A stretch of DNA of 64,000 nt from Actinomycetota bacterium (GTDB lineage Bacteria > Actinomycetota > Acidimicrobiia > IMCC26256 > JACDBD01). The notes under the pieces were generated by a model. The model was not told the DNA's origin and searched no databases. It saw only the letters and a program-made list of their open reading frames with translations. Below are positions 10,172 to 19,700 of the stretch, piece by piece. The first letter of the stretch is position 1, and every line of letters starts with the position of its first letter. The translations under genes and the position numbers were made by a program. The stretch spans positions 108-64,107 of the forward strand of contig JBQTGU010000002.1 of the NCBI GenBank assembly GCA_052390575.1. The letters run 5' to 3'.

Positions 10172-10726
10172 ATGCGGATTCTTGTTCGGGCGGTGCTGCT
10201 CGCGCTCGGAGCCGGCGGGCTCTTGATGGTCCTCGCGGCGCCGGCGGCCGCCGATCTGTCGGGGCCGTGCGAAGCCGCGGGCACGTTCGTGAAGAGCAAG
10301 GTCACGGTCGACGCCAAGACGGCCGAGGGCACGATCGAGATCGAGCCCAAGGACACGGTCGAGTACGTCGGCGTGGTGGAGGGCGCCACGCCGCCGCGCA
10401 AGACGTCGGGTGAGGTCAAGGTCGACCTGCCCTTCCCGCTCCCTGACTTCACGCCGGGGACGTGGAGCGACGACGACTCCGCGGAGACCGAGAAGACCGA
10501 CACGTACGACTACGACATACCGGCGATCGCTCCCAAGGGCTACGACGTCGAGGTGAGCGGCTTCCACCAGGACGCCGGGCTGCCCCGGTGCGAGGGCTCG
10601 GTCACGTTGAGAGTGAAGGGCGGGTTCTTCAGCAGCCCGGCGGGGCCGGTGGCGTTCGTCATCACCGCCCTGTCGGCGGCCGGCGTCGTGATCGCGGCCC
10701 GGCCCAAGGTGGGAGGTGCGTCATGA
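10172..10726 (+). CDS. hypothetical secreted protein with C-terminal membrane anchor
   Basis: 184 aa with signal-peptide-like N-terminus (MRILVRAVLLALGAGGLLMVLAAPAAA), two Cys, and a hydrophobic C-terminal segment (VAFVITALSAAGVVIAA). No family recognised. Confidence 0.6.
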   Translation: MRILVRAVLLALGAGGLLMVLAAPAAADLSGPCEAAGTFVKSKVTVDAKTAEGTIEIEPKDTVEYVGVVEGATPPRKTSGEVKVDLPFPLPDFTPGTWSDDDSAETEKTDTYDYDIPAIAPKGYDVEVSGFHQDAGLPRCEGSVTLRVKGGFFSSPAGPVAFVITALSAAGVVIAARPKVGGAS

Positions 10727-10971
10727 GCGCCCGCGGACGCCCGGTAGTGGGCGGGATCTCCGGGTTCTTCTTCGGCCTGTTCCTCGGCATCACGTTGTTG
10801 TCGTTCGGCATCCTGCCGCTCAACAGCCCGTTGCTGACGTTCCTGCCGATCATCGGGCTCGTCCTCGGGCTGGTGCTCGCCTTCACCGCGCCGATCCCCC
10901 GGCGGGGGGGCGGTGGCAGTGCCGCGCCGACGGGCGCACCCAAGTCGGGCGCGGGCGCCCCACCCAAGTAA
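10723..10971 (+). CDS. small hypothetical membrane protein
   Basis: 82 aa (MSARGRPVVGGISGFFFGLFLGITLLSFGILPLNSPLLTFLPIIGLVLGLVLAF...). ATG overlaps the upstream stop (ATGA 10723-10726) and is preceded by GGGAGGTG. Confidence 0.5.
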   Translation: MSARGRPVVGGISGFFFGLFLGITLLSFGILPLNSPLLTFLPIIGLVLGLVLAFTAPIPRRGGGGSAAPTGAPKSGAGAPPK

Positions 10972-11009
10972 CCCTGGCTCGGCGGCCCCGCCGTCGGTAA
11001 CGTGCGGCT

Positions 11010-11498
11010 ATGGCCCGTCCCCGGGCCGTGGTCGTGGCGATCCTCGCCGCCGCCTCGCTCGGGGGCTGGTGGCTGGGAGCGGAACGGCGCACGGCCACCG
11101 CCGCCTACACCGTCGTTGCCGTCACCGACGGAGACACCATCGAGGTCGTGGACGCCTCCGGCGATCGCGACGTCGTCAGGCTGCTCGGAGCCGACACACC
11201 CGAGACGCACCATCCGACCGAGCCGGTCGAGTGCTTCGGTCCGGAAGCCGCCGCCTACACCGCCCAACGCCTCACCGGTCGATCGGTTCTACTGGAAGGC
11301 GACGTCGAAGCTCGCGATCAGTACGACCGGCGGCTGGCGTACGTCACCGTCGGCGGGGAACGCTTCAACGACGAGCTCCTCCGGCTCGGCTACGCCGAGC
11401 TGCTGGTGATCGAGCCCAACCACGCCCACGCCCGGGCGATGCTCCAGGCCGAACTGGAGGCCAAGCGCGAAGGCCTCGGGCTGTGGGGCGCCTGCTAA
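11010..11498 (+). CDS. thermonuclease (staphylococcal nuclease-like) family protein, membrane-anchored or secreted
   Basis: 162 aa with N-terminal hydrophobic segment, then VTDGDTIEV...VRLLGADTPET...DQYDRRLAYV...ELLRLGYA, typical of the SNase fold. Confidence 0.75.
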   Translation: MARPRAVVVAILAAASLGGWWLGAERRTATAAYTVVAVTDGDTIEVVDASGDRDVVRLLGADTPETHHPTEPVECFGPEAAAYTAQRLTGRSVLLEGDVEARDQYDRRLAYVTVGGERFNDELLRLGYAELLVIEPNHAHARAMLQAELEAKREGLGLWGAC

Positions 11499-11809
11499 CC
11501 GATCAGGCGGGCGCGCATCTTGTCGATCGCCCGCCCCAGGATCTCGGCCGCGTCGGCATGGGAGCAGCCGAGGTCGTGCGCCAGCTGCTTCATCGACTCG
11601 GGCGGGCCGTGGAGGCCGAACCGGCGGGAGAGCACCTCGTACTCGACCGGGCTCAGCCCGTCGAAGGCATGCGGATCGGCGCGCAGCTCGAGCGCGTCGA
11701 GGTCGATCTCGTCGTCGGCGACCGGCTCGCGGCCGCCGTCCAGCGCCACCGTTGCGGCATCGGGGTACGGCCAGCCGTCGTCGGTAGGGAAGAGCGGGAG
11801 AGTGGTCAC
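11495..11809 (-). CDS. small protein with sigma-70 region-4-like HTH
   Basis: 104 aa from GTG 11809, preceded by GAAGGAG. The C-terminal half LSPVEYEVLSRRFGLHGPPESMKQLAHDLGCSHADAAEILGRAIDKMRARL looks like sigma region 4. It lies 56 nt downstream of the helicase gene. Confidence 0.55.
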   Translation of the reverse strand: MTTLPLFPTDDGWPYPDAATVALDGGREPVADDEIDLDALELRADPHAFDGLSPVEYEVLSRRFGLHGPPESMKQLAHDLGCSHADAAEILGRAIDKMRARLIG

Positions 11810-11865
11810 GACGTCTCTCCTTCTCGAGCCGGGTGCGGGCATCGTGCCCGCGGGTCTCGTTCCCG

Positions 11866-13884
<2,019 letters not shown>

Positions 13885-13943
13885 CGCGTCGACAGTACCG
13901 GCCGGGTATGACGGCTACCCGCGACGGCGTCGGGGCGCGGGAA

Positions 13944-13991
13944 GGCCCCGAGTAGTCTTGGCTGCGTCGCAGCTTCGATCTCCTCGGGGCC
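13944..13991. other. nested hairpin in long divergent intergenic region
   Basis: GGCCCCGAG (13944-13952) pairs with CTCGGGGCC (13983-13991), enclosing the palindrome GCTGCGTCGCAGC (13961-13973). Confidence 0.35.
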
Positions 13992-14145
13992 GGCTTCCCG
14001 ACCGGCATCCGGCGGGACCCGTGTTCCGGAGTACCCCGGGTGGGGCCCTTCCGGTACCGCGTCCACCTTCAACCAGTGAGTCGAACATACGACCGCGCCC
14101 CGGGGTCGTCAAGAGGTTTCGCGCCGGGCGGTAACTTCGCAGGTC

Positions 14146-14520
14146 ATGCCGGGTGTCCACGTCTCGCGGCGCCGCTTCGAGGAGCTGGTCGCCGACGCCC
14201 TCGACTCCATTCCGCCCGAGCTGGCCGAGCAGATGGACAACGTCGCGGTGCTGGTGGAGGAGTGGCCGACGCGCGAGCAGCTCGCCGGTCGGAGCGGGAC
14301 GCTGCTCGGCCTGTACGAGGGGATCGCGCTCACCGACCGCTCGCCGCTCTCCTACGCCGGCGTCGTGCCCGACCGCATCACGGTGTTCCGCGGACCCCTG
14401 TGTGAGCTCGCGCGTGACGAAGCCGACCTCGCCCGGCACATCCGGGTGACCGTCGTGCACGAGGTCGCTCACCACTTCGGGATCGACGACGACCAGCTCG
14501 ACGCCCTGGGCTGGAGCTGA
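14146..14520 (+). CDS. metallopeptidase family protein (zinicin-like, DUF1025-type)
   Basis: 124 aa with FEELVADALDSIPPEL...NV.VLVEEWP and a C-terminal HEVAHHFG (HExxH) motif. Confidence 0.7.
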   Translation: MPGVHVSRRRFEELVADALDSIPPELAEQMDNVAVLVEEWPTREQLAGRSGTLLGLYEGIALTDRSPLSYAGVVPDRITVFRGPLCELARDEADLARHIRVTVVHEVAHHFGIDDDQLDALGWS

Positions 14521-14542
14521 CGTCCCTCGTAAGCTCCCGGAC

Positions 14543-15853
14543 GTGCGGGGCGAGAATGCGTGGCGCAACTGGGGGCGGAACCAGGGCTGCTTCCCCGTCG
14601 CGGTCGAGGAGCCGGAGAGCGAGCTGGAGGTCGCCGAGGCCGTCAAACGGGCGGGGGTGGCGGGCCAGACAGTGAAGGTGGCGGGCTCGGGCCACTCGTT
14701 CACCGACATCGCCTGTACCGACGGGCGGCTGCTGCGGCTCGACGCCCTCGACCGGTTCGTCGCCATCGACGACGAGGCGAAGACGGTCACGGTCGAGGCG
14801 GGCATCCCGCTCTGGAAGCTCAACGAGGAGCTCGCCCGGCGGGGCCTCGCCCTCGCCAACCTCGGCGACATCGACCGCCAGACGATCTCGGGCGCGATCG
14901 CGACCGCGACCCACGGCGGCGGGGCCCGCTTCGGCGGCCTGGCCACGTTCGTACAAGGGATGGAGCTGGTCACGGCGGACGGCGACGTCCTGCGCTGCTC
15001 GTCGGGCGAGGAGCCCGAGGTCTTCGCCTGCGCGCGCGTGGGCTTGGGTGCGCTCGGCGTCGTCACCAAGGTGACGCTCCAGTGCGTCCCCGCGTTTCGG
15101 CTTCACTCGCTCGAGCGGCCGACGACGCTCGAGCAGATGCTGGCGGACTTCGACGCCACCGTCGACGCCAATGAGCACATGGACTTCTACTGGTGGCCCC
15201 ACACGGATGTTGCCACCGTCAAGGTCAACAACCGCACCGAGGATCCGGTCCGGCGCAAGTCGCCCTACAAGACGTGGCGCGACGAGGTGCTGCTCTCGAA
15301 CTACCTCTTTGGCGCGCTCACCATGCTGGGCCGGGTGCGCCCGAGCATGGTGCCCGACCTCATGCGCACGACCGCCAAGTCGATAGGCAAAACCGAGATC
15401 GTCGACGAGAGCCATCGCGTCCTGTGCAACCGCCGGCTCGTCCGCTTCGTCGAGATGGAGTACGCGGTGCCACGCGCCGATGTCGGCAAAGCCCTGCTGC
15501 GCGTTCGCGACCTCATCGAGGGCGAAGGCCTGCGGGTCGATTTCCCGGTCGAGCTGCGGGTCGCGGCCGCCGACGACATCCCGTTGAGCACCGCCAGCGG
15601 GCGCGAGACCGCGTACCTCGCGGTGCACATGTCGTCGGGCCGGGCGTTCGAGCCCTACTTCCGCGGGGTCGAGGCGATCATGGACGACTTCGGCGGCCGG
15701 CCCCACTGGGGGAAGATGCACTTCCAGGACGTCGCTTCGCTGTCGCCGCGCTATCCGGAGTGGGATCGCTTCCAGTCGGTTCGGCGGCGGCTCGACCCCG
15801 ACGGGCGCTTCCGCAACGCCTACCTCGATCGAGTGCTCGGGCCGGTGCAGTAG
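14543..15853 (+). CDS. FAD-linked aldonolactone oxidase/dehydrogenase (L-gulono-/D-arabinono-1,4-lactone oxidase family)
   Basis: 436 aa with NWGRNQ N-terminus, FAD-binding PCMH-type domain (VKVAGSGHSF) and C-terminal GGRPHWGK motif typical of ALO/GULO enzymes. GTG start. Confidence 0.75.
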   Translation: MRGENAWRNWGRNQGCFPVAVEEPESELEVAEAVKRAGVAGQTVKVAGSGHSFTDIACTDGRLLRLDALDRFVAIDDEAKTVTVEAGIPLWKLNEELARRGLALANLGDIDRQTISGAIATATHGGGARFGGLATFVQGMELVTADGDVLRCSSGEEPEVFACARVGLGALGVVTKVTLQCVPAFRLHSLERPTTLEQMLADFDATVDANEHMDFYWWPHTDVATVKVNNRTEDPVRRKSPYKTWRDEVLLSNYLFGALTMLGRVRPSMVPDLMRTTAKSIGKTEIVDESHRVLCNRRLVRFVEMEYAVPRADVGKALLRVRDLIEGEGLRVDFPVELRVAAADDIPLSTASGRETAYLAVHMSSGRAFEPYFRGVEAIMDDFGGRPHWGKMHFQDVASLSPRYPEWDRFQSVRRRLDPDGRFRNAYLDRVLGPVQ

Positions 15854-15886
15854 CAAGCGGCGGGCGGCGGCCGTAGTCTCTCGCCC

Positions 15887-16501
15887 ATGCCGTATCCCAA
15901 GCACCTCATCAACGAAGGGGAGCAGGTCGCCCTCGACCTCAACCCCCACTGGTGGTACTTCTCCAAGCACATCCTCACCGGAATCCCGCTCGCGCTCGCC
16001 CTCGTCGGCGTGCTCGCGCTCGATGACAATGCCCGCAAGTACCTCGGGTACGTCTGGGGCGCGCTCGCGATCGTGTGGGCGCTCTGGCTGGGGTTGAAGT
16101 TCCTGTCGTGGCGGTTCACGCACTTCGTCGTGACCAGCGACCGGATCATCTACCGCCACGGTGTCCTGGCGAAGCGGGGCGTCGAGATCCCGCTGGAGCG
16201 CATCAACAACATCAACTTCGAGCAGGGGATCTTCGAGCGCATTATCGGCGCCGGCGACCTCCAGATCGACTCGGCCGGCAAGGAGGGCCAGTCGTACTTC
16301 ACCGACATCCGGCACCCCGACGGGGTGCAGCAGGAGATCTACCGGCAGATGGAGGGATACGACAAGAAGAAGGCCGGGTGGTCGACACCCAAGGCGTCGG
16401 CCTCCGACGAGCTCGAGAAGCTCGCGGGCCTGCGCGACAAGGGCGTGATCTCGGCCGAGGAGTTCGAGAAGAAGAAGGCGGACCTGCTCGAAAGAATGTG
16501 A
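15887..16501 (+). CDS. membrane bPH (YdbS/YdbT-like PH) domain protein with C-terminal SHOCT domain
   Basis: 204 aa with two TM helices, then FVVTSDRIIYRHGVLAKRGVEIPLERINNINFEQGIFERIIGAGDLQI (bPH_2-like) and a C-terminal ELEKLAGLRDKGVISAEEFEKKKADLL (SHOCT). Confidence 0.7.
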   Translation: MPYPKHLINEGEQVALDLNPHWWYFSKHILTGIPLALALVGVLALDDNARKYLGYVWGALAIVWALWLGLKFLSWRFTHFVVTSDRIIYRHGVLAKRGVEIPLERINNINFEQGIFERIIGAGDLQIDSAGKEGQSYFTDIRHPDGVQQEIYRQMEGYDKKKAGWSTPKASASDELEKLAGLRDKGVISAEEFEKKKADLLERM

Positions 16502-17202
16502 GGGTCGTCTCCCTGGTCCCGTCGGCCACCGAGACCCTGCGCGCCCTCGGTGTCGAGCCGATCGCGTGCACCCGGTTCTGCGAGCAGGCGGACCTGCCGA
16601 CTGTCGGCGGCACCAAGAACCCCCACGTCGACGAGATCGTTTCTCTGCGATCCGACCTCGTGGTCGTGAACGACGAGGAGAACCGGGTCGAGGACGCCGA
16701 CGCGCTGGCCGCGGCCGGTGTCGCGGTGCACTCGATGTCGCCCCGGTCAGTGGCCGGCGTGGGGCCGGCGGTGGCCGCGCTGGCCGGCGCACTGGGCGTG
16801 GAAGTGCCGCCGCCGTTCGATCGTTGGGACGACTGGGTCGCCGAGCAGTCCGCCTCGCGGCATGGTTCGGCCGCGACGATGGTGTGGCGGCGGCCGTGGA
16901 TGACGATGAACGACGACACCTACGGCGCGTCGGTACTCGGCCTGCTCGGGTTCGACAACGTGTTCGGCGCCGAGCTGGCGCGGTACCCGGAGACTGGGCT
17001 CGAGGATGTCGCGGCGCGTCGGCCTGACCTCGTGATCCTGCCGAGCGAGCCCTACCCGTTCAAGGACCGCCACGTCGCTGAGGTCGAGCAGGTGCTGCAC
17101 GACGCGCGAGTGCAGTTGGCCGACGGCCGCGACCTCTTCTGGTGGGGCATCCGGACTCCCTTCGCAGTGGGCCGACTACGCCAGCGCCACGTTCAGACGT
17201 AG
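16498..17202 (+). CDS. BtuF/TroA-like helical-backbone binding protein without signal peptide
   Basis: 234 aa from GTG 16498 (GTGA overlap with the upstream stop). VVSLVPSATETLRALGVEPIA.T..C......VGGTKNP..DEIVSLRSDLVV resembles cobalamin/siderophore-binding proteins. No N-terminal hydrophobic region. Confidence 0.6.
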   Translation: MRVVSLVPSATETLRALGVEPIACTRFCEQADLPTVGGTKNPHVDEIVSLRSDLVVVNDEENRVEDADALAAAGVAVHSMSPRSVAGVGPAVAALAGALGVEVPPPFDRWDDWVAEQSASRHGSAATMVWRRPWMTMNDDTYGASVLGLLGFDNVFGAELARYPETGLEDVAARRPDLVILPSEPYPFKDRHVAEVEQVLHDARVQLADGRDLFWWGIRTPFAVGRLRQRHVQT

Positions 17203-17709
17203 GCCGCGGTCGCGGCCGCCGTCCTCGATGACGGCGAGGTTGTCGACCCGCAGGCGCCAGTCGAACTCGCGGCGCGTCATGGCCCGCACGACGTCGGGGA
17301 AGCGCTCGGCTGCCGCCGGTCCCTGGGCGAGGGTGATGTGCGGGACCCAGGCGTCCGGCGCGTAGTACGGGAGTCCGACCCCGAAGGCCGCGGTGCACCG
17401 CGACCACAATGCACCGTGGAGCGCGTCGAGGTCGGGGCTGCGCACGACCGGGACGAACAGCACCGGGCGGGCGCCGGTGAAGACGCCGAGCCCGCTGGTG
17501 CCGACGGTGAACGGCCCGTGGTCGTGGATCAGGTCCGCGAGAATCGGGCGCAGCCGGTCGAGGTCGTAGTCGTCGGCGACGTGGAACGAGAAGTGGGTGA
17601 ACGGGTTGGCGTACTGCGCGGTCACGCCGAAGTCGCCCTCCAGCTCGGCCCAGAGATTGCGGACCGTCTGGTCATGCTCCTCATCGAGCAGCGAGACGAT
17701 CGCGTTCAC
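17176..17709 (-). CDS. 2H phosphoesterase (LigT / 2'-5' RNA ligase-like) family protein
   Basis: 177 aa from GTG 17709 (GTGA overlap with the upstream stop). Two H-x-[ST]-x motifs are present (HFSFH and HITLA). The 3' end overlaps the convergent gene 16498-17202 by 27 nt. Confidence 0.6.
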   Translation of the reverse strand: MNAIVSLLDEEHDQTVRNLWAELEGDFGVTAQYANPFTHFSFHVADDYDLDRLRPILADLIHDHGPFTVGTSGLGVFTGARPVLFVPVVRSPDLDALHGALWSRCTAAFGVGLPYYAPDAWVPHITLAQGPAAAERFPDVVRAMTRREFDWRLRVDNLAVIEDGGRDRGLRLNVALA

Positions 17710-19700
17710 GACAGCAGCACGCGCACTGCGTGCGCGGGGACAGACAAGCTTGGCGCGTCGACCGTCGCATCGGTCCACAGCTCGCGTGCACCCTTGAACC
17801 CGTCGGGCACGTCCCGGGTGGCGGACTCGTCGGTCCAGTTGAACAGGGCGGCGACGCGCCGGCCCGCCCGCTCGGCGAGCCAGACCGACGCGGGCTCGCC
17901 CTGGGCGAAGAACTGCTCGACCTCGGGCTCGTCGACCCGCGCGAACAGGTCGACGGGGCGGAAGCCGTCTCCCCACACCAGGTCGAGCAGGCCGGGATGC
18001 TCGAGCACCGCCCGCTCCTCGGTGGAGAGCGACGTCAGCTCGTCGGCGAGCAGGAACGGTCCGCCGCACAGCGCCGCCAGGGTCGCGAGCGTGCGCGACT
18101 CCTCGATGGAGTAGCCGTGGGGCGTGGCGCCGTCGCTGCCCCAGGCCATGACGACGTCGGGGTCGGCGTCGAACCAGCGGCGGTGCAGCGCGAAGCGGGC
18201 GGCGACGTTGCGGGCCTGGGGCCGCACCCCGTGGAAGCCGGTCCAGCCCTCGGTCAGCGGCTGCCCGAACTCGCGCAGCAGCACCGGCACCGCCAGGTCG
18301 TGGCCGACGCGGTTGCCGTGGCAGATCCCCACCGCCGGGAGCAACGGCATGCCGCAGCCGAGCACGTAGAGGTCGGGGCCGAGGCCGTCGAGCATCGATC
18401 GCAGCCCCCGGCGCAGCGCCTCAATGCCGGTGAGGCGCGGGTCGTGGCGGACGCCCTCGACCGCGGCGAGGTAGAGGAAGTCGAGCTTGACCATCTCGAA
18501 GCCCCACGCCCGCACCTGCTCGCCCAGGGCCCGCAACCAGTCGATGACATCGGGATGCGACGCGTCGAGCCCGAAGCGCCCATGGCGATCCAGGATCGGC
18601 GCGCCGTCTTCGCCGCGCACCGCCCACTCGGGATGGTCGGCGCCGAGCCCGGGCGCGCCCGGCTGCACCATGAACGGCGCCAGCCACAAGCCGGGTCGCC
18701 CGCCGAGCGCGCGCACCTCCGCCGTGAGCTCGGACAGGTCTTCGGGGAACTGGTCGTTGGGCCACCAGGCCCCGTACGTGACCTGCCAGCCGTCGTCGAG
18801 CTGCACGAGGTCGAATCCGGGGCCGTGCCGGTAGCGCTCGAGTAGGAGGCGCGCGTTCTCGAGCAGTTGCTCACGGTCGACGACGAGGCCGTAGTAGTAC
18901 CAGGTCTCCCAACCGGTCACCGGCGGCCCGGTCCATCGCCGGGCGTGCGACACCCGGCCCGCGAGCGCGGCGAGCTCCTCGGTCACCGCCAACGGATCGG
19001 TCCCCGCGGTCAGCGCGATCGGCGGGGCAAGCTCGGTCGTACCTGCGGGCAGCGGAAGTCCCAGGCCCGGGGGAGGGAGCGTCTCGTAGCCCCACGTGCC
19101 CGCGCCCGCCTCGACCGGTGACGTCGCCCCGCACGCGACGTCGACGAGGATCCGGTCACGCTCGGGCCGGGAGGCGATGGCCGTGGCGAAGCGCTCGGCG
19201 TCGAGTGCCTGGAGGCCGAACGCCGCTCCCGCCGGTGTGGCGAACACCGTGCCCCACCACGACACGCCGAGCCCGTCGGCGGGACGGACGCCGGCGTACG
19301 CCCACGAGTCGTACCCCTGCACCAGTCGGGTCGCTTCGGTCGCGGCGGCACCCAGGTCGACCAACCCGCCGACCGGGATGAGCCGGTCGAGCGTTCCCTC
19401 GGCCCGGGACTCGTTCGCGAGCTGCGCGATCAGGATCCCTCCTTCGGCAGGGGCGTGCACCGCGAGTGTGACCCCGCTGTCCTGCGGTACCCAGCGGGCC
19501 CACGCGCCCGCGCGCCCGTGCCCGTCACCGACTTCGACGTGCCAGCGACCGTGCCCGGCGTCGCTCGTCACCGACGCGCCGTCGACGTGAGCCCGGGCGG
19601 CCAGCGGCCCGGCGGTCACACCCGCGGCAGGCCAGCGGGCGGTGAAGCTGCCGTCGCCCAGGTCGACCTCGACGTCGCCGCCAAGGAGCCGGCGCGTCAC
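17706..19700 (-). CDS. clan GH-D alpha-galactosidase-like glycoside hydrolase (GH36-like)
   Basis: 664 aa containing LVQLDDGWQ and GFEMVKLDFLY motifs typical of melibiase-type alpha-galactosidases. GTG start overlaps the GH2 stop (GTGA). Confidence 0.65.
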   Translation of the reverse strand: MTRRLLGGDVEVDLGDGSFTARWPAAGVTAGPLAARAHVDGASVTSDAGHGRWHVEVGDGHGRAGAWARWVPQDSGVTLAVHAPAEGGILIAQLANESRAEGTLDRLIPVGGLVDLGAAATEATRLVQGYDSWAYAGVRPADGLGVSWWGTVFATPAGAAFGLQALDAERFATAIASRPERDRILVDVACGATSPVEAGAGTWGYETLPPPGLGLPLPAGTTELAPPIALTAGTDPLAVTEELAALAGRVSHARRWTGPPVTGWETWYYYGLVVDREQLLENARLLLERYRHGPGFDLVQLDDGWQVTYGAWWPNDQFPEDLSELTAEVRALGGRPGLWLAPFMVQPGAPGLGADHPEWAVRGEDGAPILDRHGRFGLDASHPDVIDWLRALGEQVRAWGFEMVKLDFLYLAAVEGVRHDPRLTGIEALRRGLRSMLDGLGPDLYVLGCGMPLLPAVGICHGNRVGHDLAVPVLLREFGQPLTEGWTGFHGVRPQARNVAARFALHRRWFDADPDVVMAWGSDGATPHGYSIEESRTLATLAALCGGPFLLADELTSLSTEERAVLEHPGLLDLVWGDGFRPVDLFARVDEPEVEQFFAQGEPASVWLAERAGRRVAALFNWTDESATRDVPDGFKGARELWTDATVDAPSLSVPAHAVRVLLS

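Noticed and set aside
14378-16792. Very long ORFs antisense or out of frame to recognisable genes. Examples: 14378..16792 (-), 56684..59821 (-), 46665..49349 (-), 6660..9353 (-), 61107..63182 (-), 27534..29999 (-), 28250..30277 (+), 606..2717 (+), 37025 region.
   Set aside because: Their translations are Arg/Ala/Gly/Pro-rich low-complexity strings with no family resemblance. Each overlaps a frame with clear homology (GULO-like oxidase, SMC, RecG, GltB, FtsY/Ffh, PBP, LLM). Long spurious open frames are expected in very GC-rich DNA.
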